DNA of 64,000 nucleotides from Lama guanicoe (taxonomy: Eukaryota): contig MU056216.1 of NCBI GenBank assembly GCA_013239625.1, positions 9,594,957-9,658,956 of the forward strand, given 5' to 3'. Of this stretch, positions 12,796-25,160 are shown piece by piece (position 1 is the first letter of the stretch; every line of letters starts with the position of its first letter). The position numbers and the translations under genes are program-made. Under the pieces are notes generated by a model. The model ran no database searches. It saw only the letters and a list, made by a program, of their open reading frames with translations, and was not told the DNA's origin.

Positions 12796-13603
12796 ATCTA
12801 AAAAGGAAACAGAAAGGACACTGAAACACAACAGTGTGGTCCGTCATGCTGTGGATTAACTCCTTGTGGAGAAGATAAAAAATACCCAAGTTTGGATAAT
12901 TACATAAAGCGGAGGCTAAGAAAGGATAAGAATGGTAGTGGATCTGAAATTAGAATGTCTCAAGTTTCCTTAGAGGTGGAAATGTATGACTAGGGCAGCT
13001 TGGAAACTATGCAATTTTAAACAAGGATTTTCCTAATAAAATGAAATTTGCCTCTGAAAGCAGATAGCTGTCAAACTCTGGGTATCATATAAAGTATTTT
13101 TAGTCCTTAAACTAATGAAACCAACTCCCATAAGTCCAGAGTATGAACTTCAACGCTGGCATGAAGTTGATGGAAACATATCTGACTCTTAATCTTTCAA
13201 GTCTAACTTCCCCAAATGAAGCTCCGAATCGTTAAACATAATCTGCCTCAGCAGGGCAGTCAGTTGAGAACTAATCACACATCCTCCGCACTAGTCTCAT
13301 AGACATGAGATAAGCCCAGAGGAAGCCCGTTATCCCCTCTTCACCCCACCCTTGAGTACACAGCCTGCTCTAAAGCCTGGAAGAAAAGAGAGAACACAGG
13401 TAGCCGGAAAAGAGATCTTCAAAGCCTAGGATCCCCTTGGCTTCTTTTCAAAGACAGCCTGTTAAGCCTAGTGTTTTTACTAAGTTTTGCTAAACTCAAA
13501 ACGTTGAATCTCAAGTTTGTTGTAACCCACTCAGCTGGCTAACAGAAAATGAAGTCCATTTATTCATTGTCTTTCCATGTTTGATGCATAGAGAGACATA
13601 GTC

Positions 13604-13705
13604 ATTCATTCTCTTGCTCACTCACAAAGTCACTTCTTCAGTATGTACTCTGCACCAGTGCTGTAAGGTCTTGGGGCATAAACACACATCGAAACACAGT
13701 TCAAT
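13604..13705 (-). mobile_element. L2 LINE 3' end fragment
   Basis: cattcattc...tactctgcaccagtgctgtaagg, reverse of the L2 tail. Confidence 0.55.
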
Positions 13706-14294
13706 GGGGACTTTAAACGCATGCTGCAGAGAGTTGACAGTGTGGTGACGACACCCGTGCAGGGAGAGCGGAGGCAGGATGGCAGGGGTCTGGTTCTGGC
13801 TTTAGCTGTTAGTTTGTTGCTGTTTTGGTGTTTCGGTGTTTTATTGCTTCAGCTTCCATCCCTTCAGCAGAAAGCATCCATGCCTGGTATTACTTAGGGC
13901 TGATTCTTACTAACTGTCTGGGGAATCACAGAGTTAAGTCTTCGATCATTTTTGCCCCATCAGTTTGCCATGTGTCTTCCTTAGATTCTCCATTAACTCA
14001 TGTCCCATCATCCAAGAACATGGAACTCCCCACGTCTGGTGAAAAGTGCATCGCTGCTCTCCTATGTTCTGGAGAAGGCAGGGCCCATCATTCACAGGGA
14101 GCTTCCCTCTGCACTAACACTGCTGCGCTGGCCTTAGTGCTCCCCCTGGAAGGACTAGGACGGTGGTGAATTTCTCATGAAGTCAACTTTAGACATAGCA
14201 ATAACTAACACAGATATTTAAGAGAGGCTACATTTTAGGAGTGAATAATACCATTCTTCTGCTTCAGTTATACTAGTGGAGAACCTAACCTAGT

Positions 14295-14870
14295 CAATAT
14301 TTCAATGAATAATTGTTCAAAGTCGATTGTAAGATCTTGGCTGGTATTGAGTATGATCCAGAATTATGTAAAACGTGATCACTGCCCTCAGGGAGATTAC
14401 AATTAAGTGAGATAAGACATATAAACTATCATCAGTACCGACAATTCAGGAGAGTGCATGGTTCCGTGACTAACAGGTTATCAAAACACAGGCGTTCATA
14501 AAAAGAGTGCATCGTCAGCAGGACAGTAAGGTAAGGAAGAAAAGTTATTGGGCCGGAACTATGGAAAGTGGTGGTGCTTCCACTGGGCAAAGTTCGGCGC
14601 AACCTATTCTATTCAGGGCAACAGAAAGCATGAAAAGTATGATTTAGGTAATTAAGAACGTAGTCCAAATTTGGTGAAACTTGTGGTTATAGGAAGTGAG
14701 ATGATAAGGTTGAAAAAGAAGTTTGAGGCCAGACTGCAGGAATTTGAAATTTCTTTGATAGGTAATGGGGAGCTACTGAGGGTCTTTGAGAAGTAATAGG
14801 ATGAAAACAGTAGTTTAGAAAGATAAAGAGGTGAACAGGGGCTTGAAGTAGTCAGACTGAAGGTAGAGCG
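14295..14870 (-). mobile_element. L2 LINE fragment
   Basis: ctgccctcagggagattacaat...ggtaatggggagctactgagggtctttgag...tttagaaagata. Confidence 0.75.
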
Positions 14871-14879
14871 AGAGTAACA

Positions 14880-15095
14880 AGCTTTGAGCATGTGTTTTGT
14901 CCAGGCCCTGTCTAAACATGATAAATGATTGTCTCTTTCAGTCCTCATAATAGTAGGTACCATTGGTGTTCCCATTTTAAAGGCTAAGAAATTGAGGCCC
15001 AGAAAGGTTAAAGTTACTTGTTCAAGTGAAACCCAAATAACTAGCAGGACTTGAACCCAGGGCTATCTGACTCCAAGTCTGTCTTCTTCCACAGC
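14880..15095 (-). mobile_element. MIR SINE
   Basis: cccattttaaaggctaagaaattgaggcccagaaaggttaa...ggacttgaacccagggctatctgactccaa. Confidence 0.9.
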
Positions 15096-16404
15096 TCAAG
15101 CCTTCCCCTTATAGTTGTAGTTTCTGCTGCTATAATGACCATGCAAAAAAAAAGAAAATCTCAGGGGATGAGAATTTTAACTGTGGCAATAAAGAAATGA
15201 TAAACATAGAATGGCAAAATATTTATATGCTTTGAAAACTTTAATGTTTCCAATTACTAATTTATCTCCTCATACCTTTTCCCTACTCACTGTGGTAAGA
15301 ATTCATTAATTTGAATTTCTTACTGTACCCTCTACTAGAGATTTTCATTCTACTTAGAGACACTCATCTGGTGATTTGTGTTATCAGTAATTCTCAGTCG
15401 GTAAATTCTGGGTCACCTTACTGCAGGTTTCCCTGGATTGTAATTAAATTACCTGATGGAACTATACACATTTTCCTTCTGCTTTGGGCATGATCCCTTT
15501 AAAAATTTATTGGTAAGGAATAAATAAAATTAAATACTAATATTAAATGAATTTAATATGTGTTAAGGAGATTTAAATTTTAAGCCCCTAGACATTACAA
15601 ATTGGCTCAAATGATTTCATATTTCAAAGTCTTTTCTAAAAGTATTATGTACCTAAATACAAATATAATTTAGTACCTGATTTTAGAGATGTGAATAAAT
15701 CAAAACACTAGTTACATTGAGCCAACTGGCTAAAATCGTTTGAAACCAGAAGATTTGTAGAGAAATACAATAAACACATGTCCCTATAGGACACGTGTCC
15801 TTGTTGTTTTATACCAAGTTCTTAAGCAGCTAGTCATTATTTAATCAAAAAAGAGAATTTTAAATGTGAACTGTTCCAGGAGTAATTTAAAGATGTTTAA
15901 ATATTTTATGAAGTATGAAATCGCACATATTTGCCTCAGGCAGGCGCCCCACTGGTACTGAATAAAAAATACTCATAAACTTTTTTATGAGGGCTATTAA
16001 TATAAACTTTTACTTCTTTTCCTGAATTGTAGTTCATATTCTGAATCTAGCCACAGGTTAAATTCCAATTAAATGAGATGCCTAAAGGGCCTCCAGAGGA
16101 CAGAGTTTGTGTGTGCTTTCCCGGATAATGTGCAAATGATACTGAATTTTCCACTGTGCTCCAAAGCACCTTGCACACATTCTGCTATTTTCTCAACATA
16201 CTCTAGTCTCTTGACTCCTGTTTAGAAAACAGTTTTTCACCATCTCCCTCAAGTCCAGTCTACTTTTATATTTCTTTATCAAGATGGCTATCTCTAGACA
16301 TCAAAATGGGCAAAAGGTCATGGTGAGTCAGAAAAAGTCTATCTTCTTGGCAGGTCATGGTCACATTTATTCCTATGATCTCCCTCAAGAAGCAAAAAAC
16401 AGAG

Positions 16405-16470
16405 GTCACTGCCCACAGTCGAAGTCACTGCCCACAGTCAAGGTCACTGCCCACAGTCTTGGTCAGTGCC
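16405..16470. repeat. 19-bp minisatellite, about 3.5 copies
   Basis: gtcactgcccacagtc at 16405, 16424 and 16443; partial gtcagtgcc at 16462. Confidence 0.95.
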
Positions 16471-16858
16471 AGCCTGCTCTGTGGCAGGCTGCTCCTGATC
16501 CAGTAACCAGTTCTTAAAGGTTCATGGCTTCCCAAGGGAGAGTCCTTCTTTTACGGACCACATTTAATGCTCTTGTCTGATACTTACACATAAATCTAAT
16601 TGTCCCTTTCCTGCTGATCTAGCTGCTCTGTACATGGGGGGCATGAGACAAATCATAAGCTGTGCAACTCCTAAGTATCATGACAGACTTCTAGATAGCA
16701 CTGGCGACGAGTGTGACCTTCAACTCCTCACTTTGCCCAAGGCAGACCCATTCTCTGACTGTTTCTAATGCAACCTCCCTTTGGCTGGGCTAATTCTACA
16801 AAACCCAATTTCCCCAGGGAATGCATTCGGTGAGCAGTGGTGACTGAACTCCTGGAGG

Positions 16859-17350
16859 TATGTTCAGTTACTGCTGCTGTGTAACAAACCACCCCAAACT
16901 TAGTGGCATTAAACACCATTATCATGCTCATGGGTTCTGCGGGTCAGTGATTCAGAAAAGATACAGTAGAAATGGCTTGTGTCTGCTCCATGATAACTAT
17001 GACTTTAGCTGGAAAAAACTTGAAGGCTGGGGATGTGTCAATGACTGAGCCCTGGAATCATCCAAAACCTCATTCACTCCTGGGACTGGCAGTTCGTGCT
17101 GCCTGCCACATGGGGCCTCAGCAGTGGCTGCAGCTGGAACACCCACCTGTGTCCTCTCTGCTTGGGCTTCCTCCCAGCATGGAGGCTGCCTTCCAAGGAT
17201 GGGCCAGGCGATACCCCTGGAGGTTGTAGAGGGTCTCTTTTGCTCTATTCTATTGGCCAACATAGTCATAAAGTTCTGCCCAGGTACAAGGGAAGGCAAC
17301 ATTGGCCCATTCCTCAGTGGGAGAAGGGCCAAATAATTCACAGATGTAAC
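16859..17350 (-). mobile_element. MLT1 (ERVL-MaLR) solo LTR
   Basis: tgttcagttactgctgctgtgtaacaaaccaccccaaacttagtggc start; gggcttcctcccagcatgg and tattctattggccaa internal motifs. Confidence 0.9.
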
Positions 17351-17894
17351 TCCAGTAAGATGTGTTTGACACATTTGATAATCCTGGGTTTCTTCCATTC
17401 TTGCCGGCACGTGGCTGGCCTTTGATTCATTCCTCTGAATTGTACAGCTGGAACCCTCATGCAGTGGTTTTGCCACCAGGTGTGCAGAGGGTGCCTCCAT
17501 GATATTCCTGTGTGCATTGCGCTCATTCTTTGGTTGTGATTGTACCAGTAGTTACAGGCATTGTTCTGAACATACATTAACTTGTTTAAGTCCCATAACC
17601 CTGTGCAAAGGAGAATATGCTTCCACTCCTACTCCTTGCCCAGGATTAGAACAAAATCTAGAGTCTCCAAGGTTTAGGGCTGGAGAAGAATCTCCAAGTG
17701 AAGTCAGACGGTTCTCAGTTTTATCCCAAACCCAGTTTTCCAGAGATGAGAACTCCAAGTTCTCTCATTTTACTCACAGCTACTTTTTAAAATTGTTACC
17801 CTGAATCCTTAGGGATAGAAGTTAAGTATCTGGGTGCTGTTTTATTAAAAAAAGTAAAGAAGATGGGCTTTTTAAAAAATATATATATATAAAA

Positions 17895-18117
17895 CAATGG
17901 TTCTCAAACCAGGGCAGTTTTACCCTCCAGGGACAACTGGAAATCTCTGGAGATATTTTTGATTATCACAACTGGTGGGGCAGGGAGGTGGGTGCTAGCA
18001 GCTTCCAATAGATAGAAGCTGGGGATGCTGCTAAACATTCTGCGATGCACGGGATAGCCTCTCACACATAGAATTAGCTGCCCAGAATGTCTATACTGCC
18101 ACTTCTGGGAGGCCCTG
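17895..18117 (+). mobile_element. MER20 hAT-Charlie DNA transposon
   Basis: caatggttctcaa...tctggagatatttttgattatcacaactgg...ggggatgctgctaaacattctgcgatgcacgggatagcc...ccctg. Confidence 0.92.
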
Positions 18118-18129
18118 GTTTACAGAGAG

Positions 18130-18250
18130 TTTTATAATCCCCCTTCTAACAGTGAGGAAACTGGGCCCCAGAGGAGCTAAGGACTTGCTCAAGATTCCAC
18201 AACTAGTAAGTGATGGCTGAGCCAGAATTCAGACTCATCTTGAGATCTTC
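18130..18250 (-). mobile_element. MIR SINE fragment
   Basis: cagtgaggaaactgggccccagagg...acttgctcaagattccacaactagtaagtgatgg. Confidence 0.85.
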
Positions 18251-18559
18251 AAACTCATGTTGTTACTTCTTGGTGCCTCTGCTGGCCTGGCACCTGCCTA
18301 GAGAGAGTGAACTTGGAGGGGGAAGTGGTTGTACTCCATTTTCTCATGTCTCGGGCAGCGTGAGGTGCACCACACCTCCTGCCATAATGAGCACAAATCA
18401 CCGTGAGGGGCATTGTGCCCCCTGTCCCTTTGCCCTTTGGGAGGTGGGTGCAGTGTTCCACAGGCATAGTGAGGACTATGGGTTAAGGCGTGGGTGGGAA
18501 TTGTGCTCTAGAGAGAGACTTATAAATAACAACTGAAAAACTGGAGCACAGCATGCCTC

Positions 18560-18578
18560 TGTGTGTGTGTAAGTGTCT

Positions 18579-18615
<37 letters not shown>
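18560..18615. repeat. (TG)n microsatellite
   Basis: Interrupted then pure TG run. Confidence 0.97.
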
Positions 18616-18616
<1 letters not shown>

Positions 18617-19874
18617 TCTGGGTGTGTTGTGGGAGGGCAATAAGATTTTATCTTACTATGACAAGCAAACAGCTAAATTACTTGTAATTTTGGAGATAAT
18701 TGTTTTCTCATCCTGCTAACATGCCAACAGGAAATTAATCTAAACCTTAGAAAGTTTGGATCATCTGCAGATTGTCAGAAAAGAAACACTCATTACTGCC
18801 GCACACCGCCCCCCCCCCAAGAGCCCCCATCACATCTAAGAGGCAAGCTGAAAACTGTAGCTATGGCCCAGTGCCACCAGCATCCTGCTCCGGCCCTGTG
18901 CTCACTGGTAACCAGAGAGAAAACAGCACAGGGTGTCTGGCAAATGCAGGCTCCAGGCAGACGGGACACCTGATTAATGCCACCCAATGCAGAGTGGCTG
19001 GGAGCTACCCTCTCTGGTGGTCCCATTCATCACTTGGCATTCCATGTCAGAGCAGGAGCTGGCTTCACCCTGCCTTGGACAAATGAGTCTTCAGGTAAGA
19101 AGTGATGGTTAAAATGTCAGCAAATGGGATCCATCAGCGGTGAGAGACTCAGCCATCTCTGCTCAGTCTCTGGCTTCCCAGCTTGAGGCAGTCTCCTCAG
19201 TTCAAAAGAGAGGATGAATTCAACCCATATTACTCCCTTAGATGCAGCTTCCTGCGTGCCTATCTTGTCACTGCTCATGGGCCCACGTTCACCAGGGAAA
19301 GCCTTTGAGGGGCGAGCAGCAGAACAAAGGACAAGCGGCCTGCCTTCCGAACTCAGGAGGCCCAGCCCACACATACAGTGTTCTAACTGTTCTGGGAAGA
19401 ATGAAGCATTCATAAAGCCATTCCATTTTCAAGAAAAAAATTGCCTGTGACATTTTAATCCCCTTTTGTGCTGGAGCATTTTTAGAGTTTTCTCCTGCCA
19501 ATCATCTCAAATGGTTCATATCTTTCCCTTTTAGCTGAATTGAGTATTATGAGCCATGCCCCACAGTAAAAAATAATGCCACTGTGATTAAATGAAAGTC
19601 TCGTTCTTTGGGTTATTCTGGGCTATGGGTCAGCATACAAGTGCTGACTTCTGAAAGTCCAAAGACGTTATTGGGTTGAGGCTTATGTTGGGAGAACAAA
19701 AATGAGCTAGGAGATGAAACTGACCACCTGTGAGCTCCAATTTGGTTTGTGTTTCTGGGGAATATTTTCTGTAAATGATATGACTGGATGCCACAGCATT
19801 TTTCCTACCAGGGGGTCTGGCTTATTTCTCAGATCTCTGCTTCTGGAATTTTTGTAGATATTCTGTGTCTAAAT

Positions 19875-20094
19875 CAGAGTTTCTCAGACTCAGCACTATT
19901 GGCATTTTGGGGCCAGAAGAGTCTTTTTGTGGGGCTGTCCTGTGCACTGTAGGATGTTAAGAGGCATCTGTGGTTTCTACCTTCTAGATACCAGAAGAGT
20001 CCTCCCCCCAAAGTTGAGAAACAAAACTTGAAATGTCTGATGAGTCTTCTAGTGTTCCTAGGTGAGCAAAGTCACCATCGATTGAGAACCAGGG
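19875..20094 (-). mobile_element. MER20 hAT-Charlie DNA transposon with residual 8-bp TSD
   Basis: cagagtttctca...ggggctgtcctgtgcactgtaggatgtt...ttgagaaccaggg; flanks gtctaaat (19867-19874) and atctaaac (20095-20102). Confidence 0.92.
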
Positions 20095-20137
20095 ATCTAA
20101 ACAAAGAAATACTTAGGTAGAAGTGGATCTATCCCTG

Positions 20138-20347
20138 TATTCATTCCTTTTACAAGTACCTCTTGGGTGCTATGGGCCAGAATTTTCTTTGGAGACTGTA
20201 AATTGAAAGTTGACAAGATCATAGTTATTGCCCTACAGGGATTTGCAGAGCAGACAAATGTGAATTTCAATAATTATATCATGGACATACCCTAATAAAA
20301 AATATACAGGATTCTGCTTGGGAGTTCAGAGGAGGAAGTCTTAACTT
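20138..20347 (-). mobile_element. L2 LINE 3' fragment
   Basis: tattcattcc...ttgccctacaggggatttgcag...gggagttcagaggagg. Confidence 0.65.
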
Positions 20348-21059
20348 GCTTTCAGGTACCAGATTTCCTGGAAATTCCTGATTCTCCATTCAGGAAGTAT
20401 CTATATTTTCAAGGAAAAAAAAAATCTTGTTTACCAAGATATTATGCTATGGAGAGTCTCAAAACCAAATGCATGAACTATTTTATAAATGTATTGGTAA
20501 GGTAAATTTAGATTATCAATTATAGATAGAAATGTGCCCTAATATCTGGATATGGGCCGACATACAAAATTCATACATGAGAGCATGTGAATGATTCCAC
20601 TGGCTGTTGGCGGTTCGGGGGGCTAAGTGAGCCCTGGGCCTCGGACAGTGTCCAGACTTGCTCTTAGGAAGGGGTCTGCCATGTTTTGAAGTCAGTTTTC
20701 ACCCTTTGTTCAGTAGTAATAGACCAAAGCGGATGTTTGTGCTGCTCTGGGCCTCGGATTTGATAAAGTCCCTATAAAACATGGAGGACAGCGAAGTGAA
20801 ACCAAAGTAAACGAATCCCAGCAACTGGAGGTGTCGACAGAGGTCGCCCATGTGAGCTGCAGCAGGGAGGGCAGTTCCTAGCACCACAGCTGGAAATCTG
20901 CCCTTTCTCTTTCCTTGCAAACAAGTGCGAAAGATGCTATTAAAAGGGGTGGTTTTGAGTTTAGGCAAATTTATATTTAAAACCTGGTGTATATTTTAAC
21001 TAGGTAAGAAGTAGTGTGACTTAATCCTTAAGAATTAAATGAGTTGGGGGATTACCTAA

Positions 21060-21230
21060 GATAAACTCGAGGCTCCACCAGGACTAGTGGTTTGACCTCG
21101 GACAATTTATCCGACTCCACTGTGCCTCAGGCTCTTTGTAGAAACGGGAGTAATAGCAACCATCTCAGAGGATTGTGATAAGAACTACAGATGTTCAAAA
21201 GATGCCTGATGTTAAGCGCTTGGCAAATAG
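21060..21230 (+). mobile_element. MIR SINE
   Basis: tgacctcggacaattt...ctgtgcctcag...tgtagaaacgggagtaatagcaacc...aagcgcttggcaaatag. Confidence 0.8.
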
Positions 21231-22069
21231 GGTGGTGGCAGTCTTGTAACTAACACCTTACTTGCCGTGTACCTCGCCCTGGTGTGCCTGTGTGTCTTTA
21301 CAACTGCTATTTTAAAGACAGAAAGAAACAAAACCAGGAAGCTATTACTGGTCTGCAGAGCAGCTGTGTTACTTAAAACCAAAGAACAAAAATAGTTGAC
21401 TTCGCTCCCAAGGCTGAGGAGCCACTGGAGTTTCTTCAGCAGAGTAAGACTAGTATTGAAGAGGCTGGGCGACATCTGTCCTTGATTAAAGAGCTGGTGC
21501 TGATGAAAGAAGTGGGGATCAGGAAGGCCATCGGAGCTTCGGAAGGGCCCGCGTAGGTAGAGATAGGTCAACCCTTTCCGTTTGTTTTCTGTCGGAATAT
21601 AAGTAATGATTTTTAAACAGAAGTGGTATCACTTTGGGGGGATTTCTTGGACCTGATTCAACCGTATACAGAGAAGCTCTTGCCCTTGACCCCCAAGACT
21701 TAATTAAAATGTGCCCACTTTCCACACTCTCTCTGCCTGACAGCTGTGCAGGTGTGACTGAGGATAGTAACATAAGGACAAAGGGGATCTCCTCCACCAG
21801 GGCTGAGATGACATCAGATCACGGGGACACAGGGACTGACACCAAGGCGAGTGTGAAGTTTGAGAAGGGAGACACTGATGAGAGGCCTGTTTTGACGAGG
21901 TCTTTTCCTTTTCTGTGAGTATTCTTGCCTGGATATCCTCCAGATCAATAGGTTTCTCTGTTAATTTTTTATTTCTACCAAAATCTCAGGAAGAAGATAT
22001 TGTCCATCCCTATGAGAATGAGGACAATATCAGTTTTACCCGTTTCTTCCTCAAAAGATAGTTTCTCTT

Positions 22070-22430
22070 ATCCATTCCCTCATTTATTCATTCAGGGCCT
22101 ATTTGGCACCTGTTATAAACTGGGCCAGACAAGGGCACTGCCCTCCAGGACCTTCCACTGTGGCTGGGGTGAGGAGGGCGGGCTGTCCACAGGTAGTTAC
22201 ATACAGGGCAAAAGTACAACGTAGGTGCAAGTGCAGGGTGCGGTGGGAGCCACGGAGTCTACGCTGCGTACTCAGGGAAGGCTTCCAAGACAAGGAGTTG
22301 CTCCAGCTGACTTACGAAGGAGACACCCAAGCAGAGGAGGAAAGAAAGAAGTTTATAGGAGAAAAGTCTCACGTGCTGTAGCCCTGCAGTGTGAGAAAGC
22401 CCAGCTCATTCTTGGAATAGCAGATTAAAG
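22070..22430 (-). mobile_element. L2 LINE 3' fragment
   Basis: catttattcattca...ctgccctccagga...tcagggaaggcttcc. Confidence 0.75.
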
Positions 22431-23859
22431 AGAAGCCTTGTTTTCTTTGTGGAAGCGGAAGGGAAGGTCACTGTGGCTCCATAATGACCGTGTACATGTA
22501 ACTCCCAGTCGCTGGAGCCCTTCTCTAAATCAGTCTGGCTGTGAAAGTGTACACGCCTCTATTTGTTCCTTGTGTAGAGAAACTGCACATAAAATTAAGC
22601 TGAAAATCTCTTATTGAAAACTGTAAGAATAGTTCTCAGAATACTCTGCTACTCTGCACTTAGAAATGGTCTGAGACGCTTCATAATCTATCTCTGTGCC
22701 TTTTAGGTAGAGCAGGTAAACAATGCACACTAAAAAGGCTGTCCTTTACTGCCTTCCTCCATGCTCCTTTTTTCCCCCTTCTCAATCTCTGGGATGGAAG
22801 ACTGCATGGTCCCCTGCGATAATGTGTTCCTGTACTATTGGTCTGCATGCAGTCATTAAACTGTTTCCAAGTTTAATAGAAATCCAATTGAAACTTTCTC
22901 TCTTTGGTTTTTCCTCAGTTGAAAACACAGAACAACTGCTCTTTAGCACATCTATTTTTAAGGAAGACGGTTATGAAAGCATTTACTCCAGTGACATAAT
23001 ACAAGTGGGCTATTTCTTGCTTTAACTATGCCAGATAAAGGATGAACCCAATTCTCCTTGGTAATGAGGACCATTGATGCTCGAGCCAGAGGAAGATGCT
23101 TTGAGTAAATTTTGTAGCTGGAAGGAGATTTGGAGATGAGGGACTGTCACTCACCAGCTTAACCCAAAAAGCTAATAAAGGGGAGCTGTCCGTTTCAAAT
23201 GAATCAGAGCCTTATCACATGCATATAAAACAAAATGACTAAATGAAGCAGCTGGAAGATTATAGTGAGTTTTAATTATCTTTGAATAGCCAAAGGGCTC
23301 TTGCCAACACATGCTGATAATCTGTCAGCTGTTATATGCCATACCATCTCCATTTATGAGTCTCAGCTGTTACAAATTGGAAAATATATTTACATTTATT
23401 ATCTTTTCTTGTTAAATGCAAACTCCCGGAGATGTTCAAGCTGAAATTTGGCCTCACTGCTTTGTTTCTGTAGCCTTCCTGGGTGGAACTAAAAAGACTG
23501 GCAAAATCTGATAACAATAACCAACCTCTTTCTTAGTAATAATTTATGACTCTCATGATGATATAATCATTGCAATCCATAAAAAAGTAAGAGTAAAATC
23601 ATTTGGGGGGTTCATAGGTTATATTTCTATAAATTGCCTACAAATTATTTTTTAATGATAATCTATGCTTTATCAAATCAGTCTTTCCCCTCCTCCGCCC
23701 CTTCTTAGGTTCAACCATCTCCAGTGTTATTTGAGCTCCAAGGCTCTGAGGTGGCTGCTCTGGTGTCAGTCGCATTCACGCTCCAGCCTCAGTGCTTAGT
23801 GTGATGCTCAGCATTCAGTCCATGGCAGAGTGAGCGAGAAAAACCTTTTGAAGTTACTG

Positions 23860-24290
23860 ACCTTTGCTTACTTATGAAAGTTCTTTGCCTTGATTTCATT
23901 GGCTCTTTATTTCCCTGCATCAGTTGTTACTGATGTCTTTGCTAGCAAGTCTTATTCCTCCCCGGCTCTGTGTTCCCCAAGATTTCATTCCCATTCATGG
24001 CTTTTATTACCAGTTTCGAAGAGATGATTCCCAAATCTACATCTGCAGCTCAGACTTTACACTCTTTTCCAGATCCGTATTTCAGACTGCGTTAATGAAC
24101 ATCTCTAAATGTATAATCCTTGTCACTTCTACTCAACAAGTTTAATAACTGACTATATTAATTTTCTGTCTGGAACCTAATGTGGTTAGAGCTTCATCTG
24201 TTCTTCCCATCTTCTTGACAAGAAACAGAGTCATTTAAAAAATTTCTCTGACCTTCAGCTCCATAGTCAGTCTCTTCAAAATATCTTTGG
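23860..24290 (+). mobile_element. L2 LINE internal fragment with reverse-transcriptase remnant
   Basis: ORF 23924-24145 contains IHGFYYQFRRDDSQIYICSSDF, matching the L2 RT HGFNYHLYADDSQIYISSPD region with a degenerate YADD motif. Confidence 0.85.
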
Positions 24291-24719
24291 AATTGGCGTA
24301 AGGATTGAGTACTTTATTTTCACTGCAAGCATTGTGGCTCAAATGCAGAAACTTCTCTATTTACATTCAACTTAAAAATTTTAACATATATAATTTTAAC
24401 AAATTATACCTTATTGAAATCTATCGGTCCTGCTCACCCCAGACAGGTGTGTTAGCAGCAATAGTCATCATTTTGTTTCTGCCATCACATTTGTTAATCT
24501 GCCTGTCATGTTTAAGCTTGATTAGGAAGGCTTTTTGCAGTCATTTTGAACTAATTCTGGTCTGATAAATGCTAAAGCAGTTAACAGTTCAAAGTTGAAA
24601 AGTGGTTCAAAGTTCCAGAAAGAAGTACGACTAACCATGGGAAACAAAAGTAAAAGTTTTCAAAAAATTGAAGATGAGAGAATGTGTTACCTCTGGACTT
24701 GAAGTGAACAGGTTGATAG

Positions 24720-25160
24720 TTTTTAAACGATTTAAGTGCTAACGGGTTTGAAGGAATGTAAGTAAACTGTGTTAATAAGTGAAGATGTGGTGCACACACA
24801 ACTGGTGATAATCTGCGAGACTGACAAAACGGAAACACGACTGTATGTAGCCTCTGAGCGCCCACCAGCAGGCGCGTCCCCAGGAGGCTGAGCAAGCAGA
24901 GGCGCAGCTGATGAAACACACATCGTCCAACCAGGACGGTTTTGTCAGGTCCCCCGCCTGCTCAGACCCGCACATCGGAGTGGCTACCGCTCAGGGCTGG
25001 CAACGGGCCCAAGACACAGTCAGACCTCGGCACTCCCTGAAATCAAGTTTGAAAATTAATTTTGAAAATGAATCCTTTTGCTGTTGTTAAGTGCGTGCTC
25101 AGCTGCGTCAGCGTTTCCGTAGGCCTAGGTAACTAACACAGTTGGAAAGTGATCAGGTGC
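24720..25160. promoter_or_regulatory. CpG-retaining patch with candidate CTCF site
   Basis: CCACCAGCAGGCGC at 24862-24875 resembles the CTCF core CCASYAGRKGGCRS (2 mismatches); many CpGs nearby. Confidence 0.45.

Noticed and set aside
3838-16470. Short tandem repeats as CRISPR-like arrays
   Set aside because: The units are head-to-tail with no unique spacers, the context is mammalian, and there are no cas genes
16860-17500. Dense overlapping ORFs up to 167 aa
   Set aside because: They lie largely within an MLT1 LTR and resemble no protein I recognise
20365-20373. Isolated STAT/BCL6-type TTCNNNGAA sites (also about 6664, 10102, 33886)
   Set aside because: Many such 9-mers are expected by chance in 64 kb, so none is informative alone
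21462-21487. 12-nt match to the 7SK RNA 5' region (gcgacatctgtc); 11-nt match at about 45899
   Set aside because: The flanks do not continue the alignment; consistent with chance
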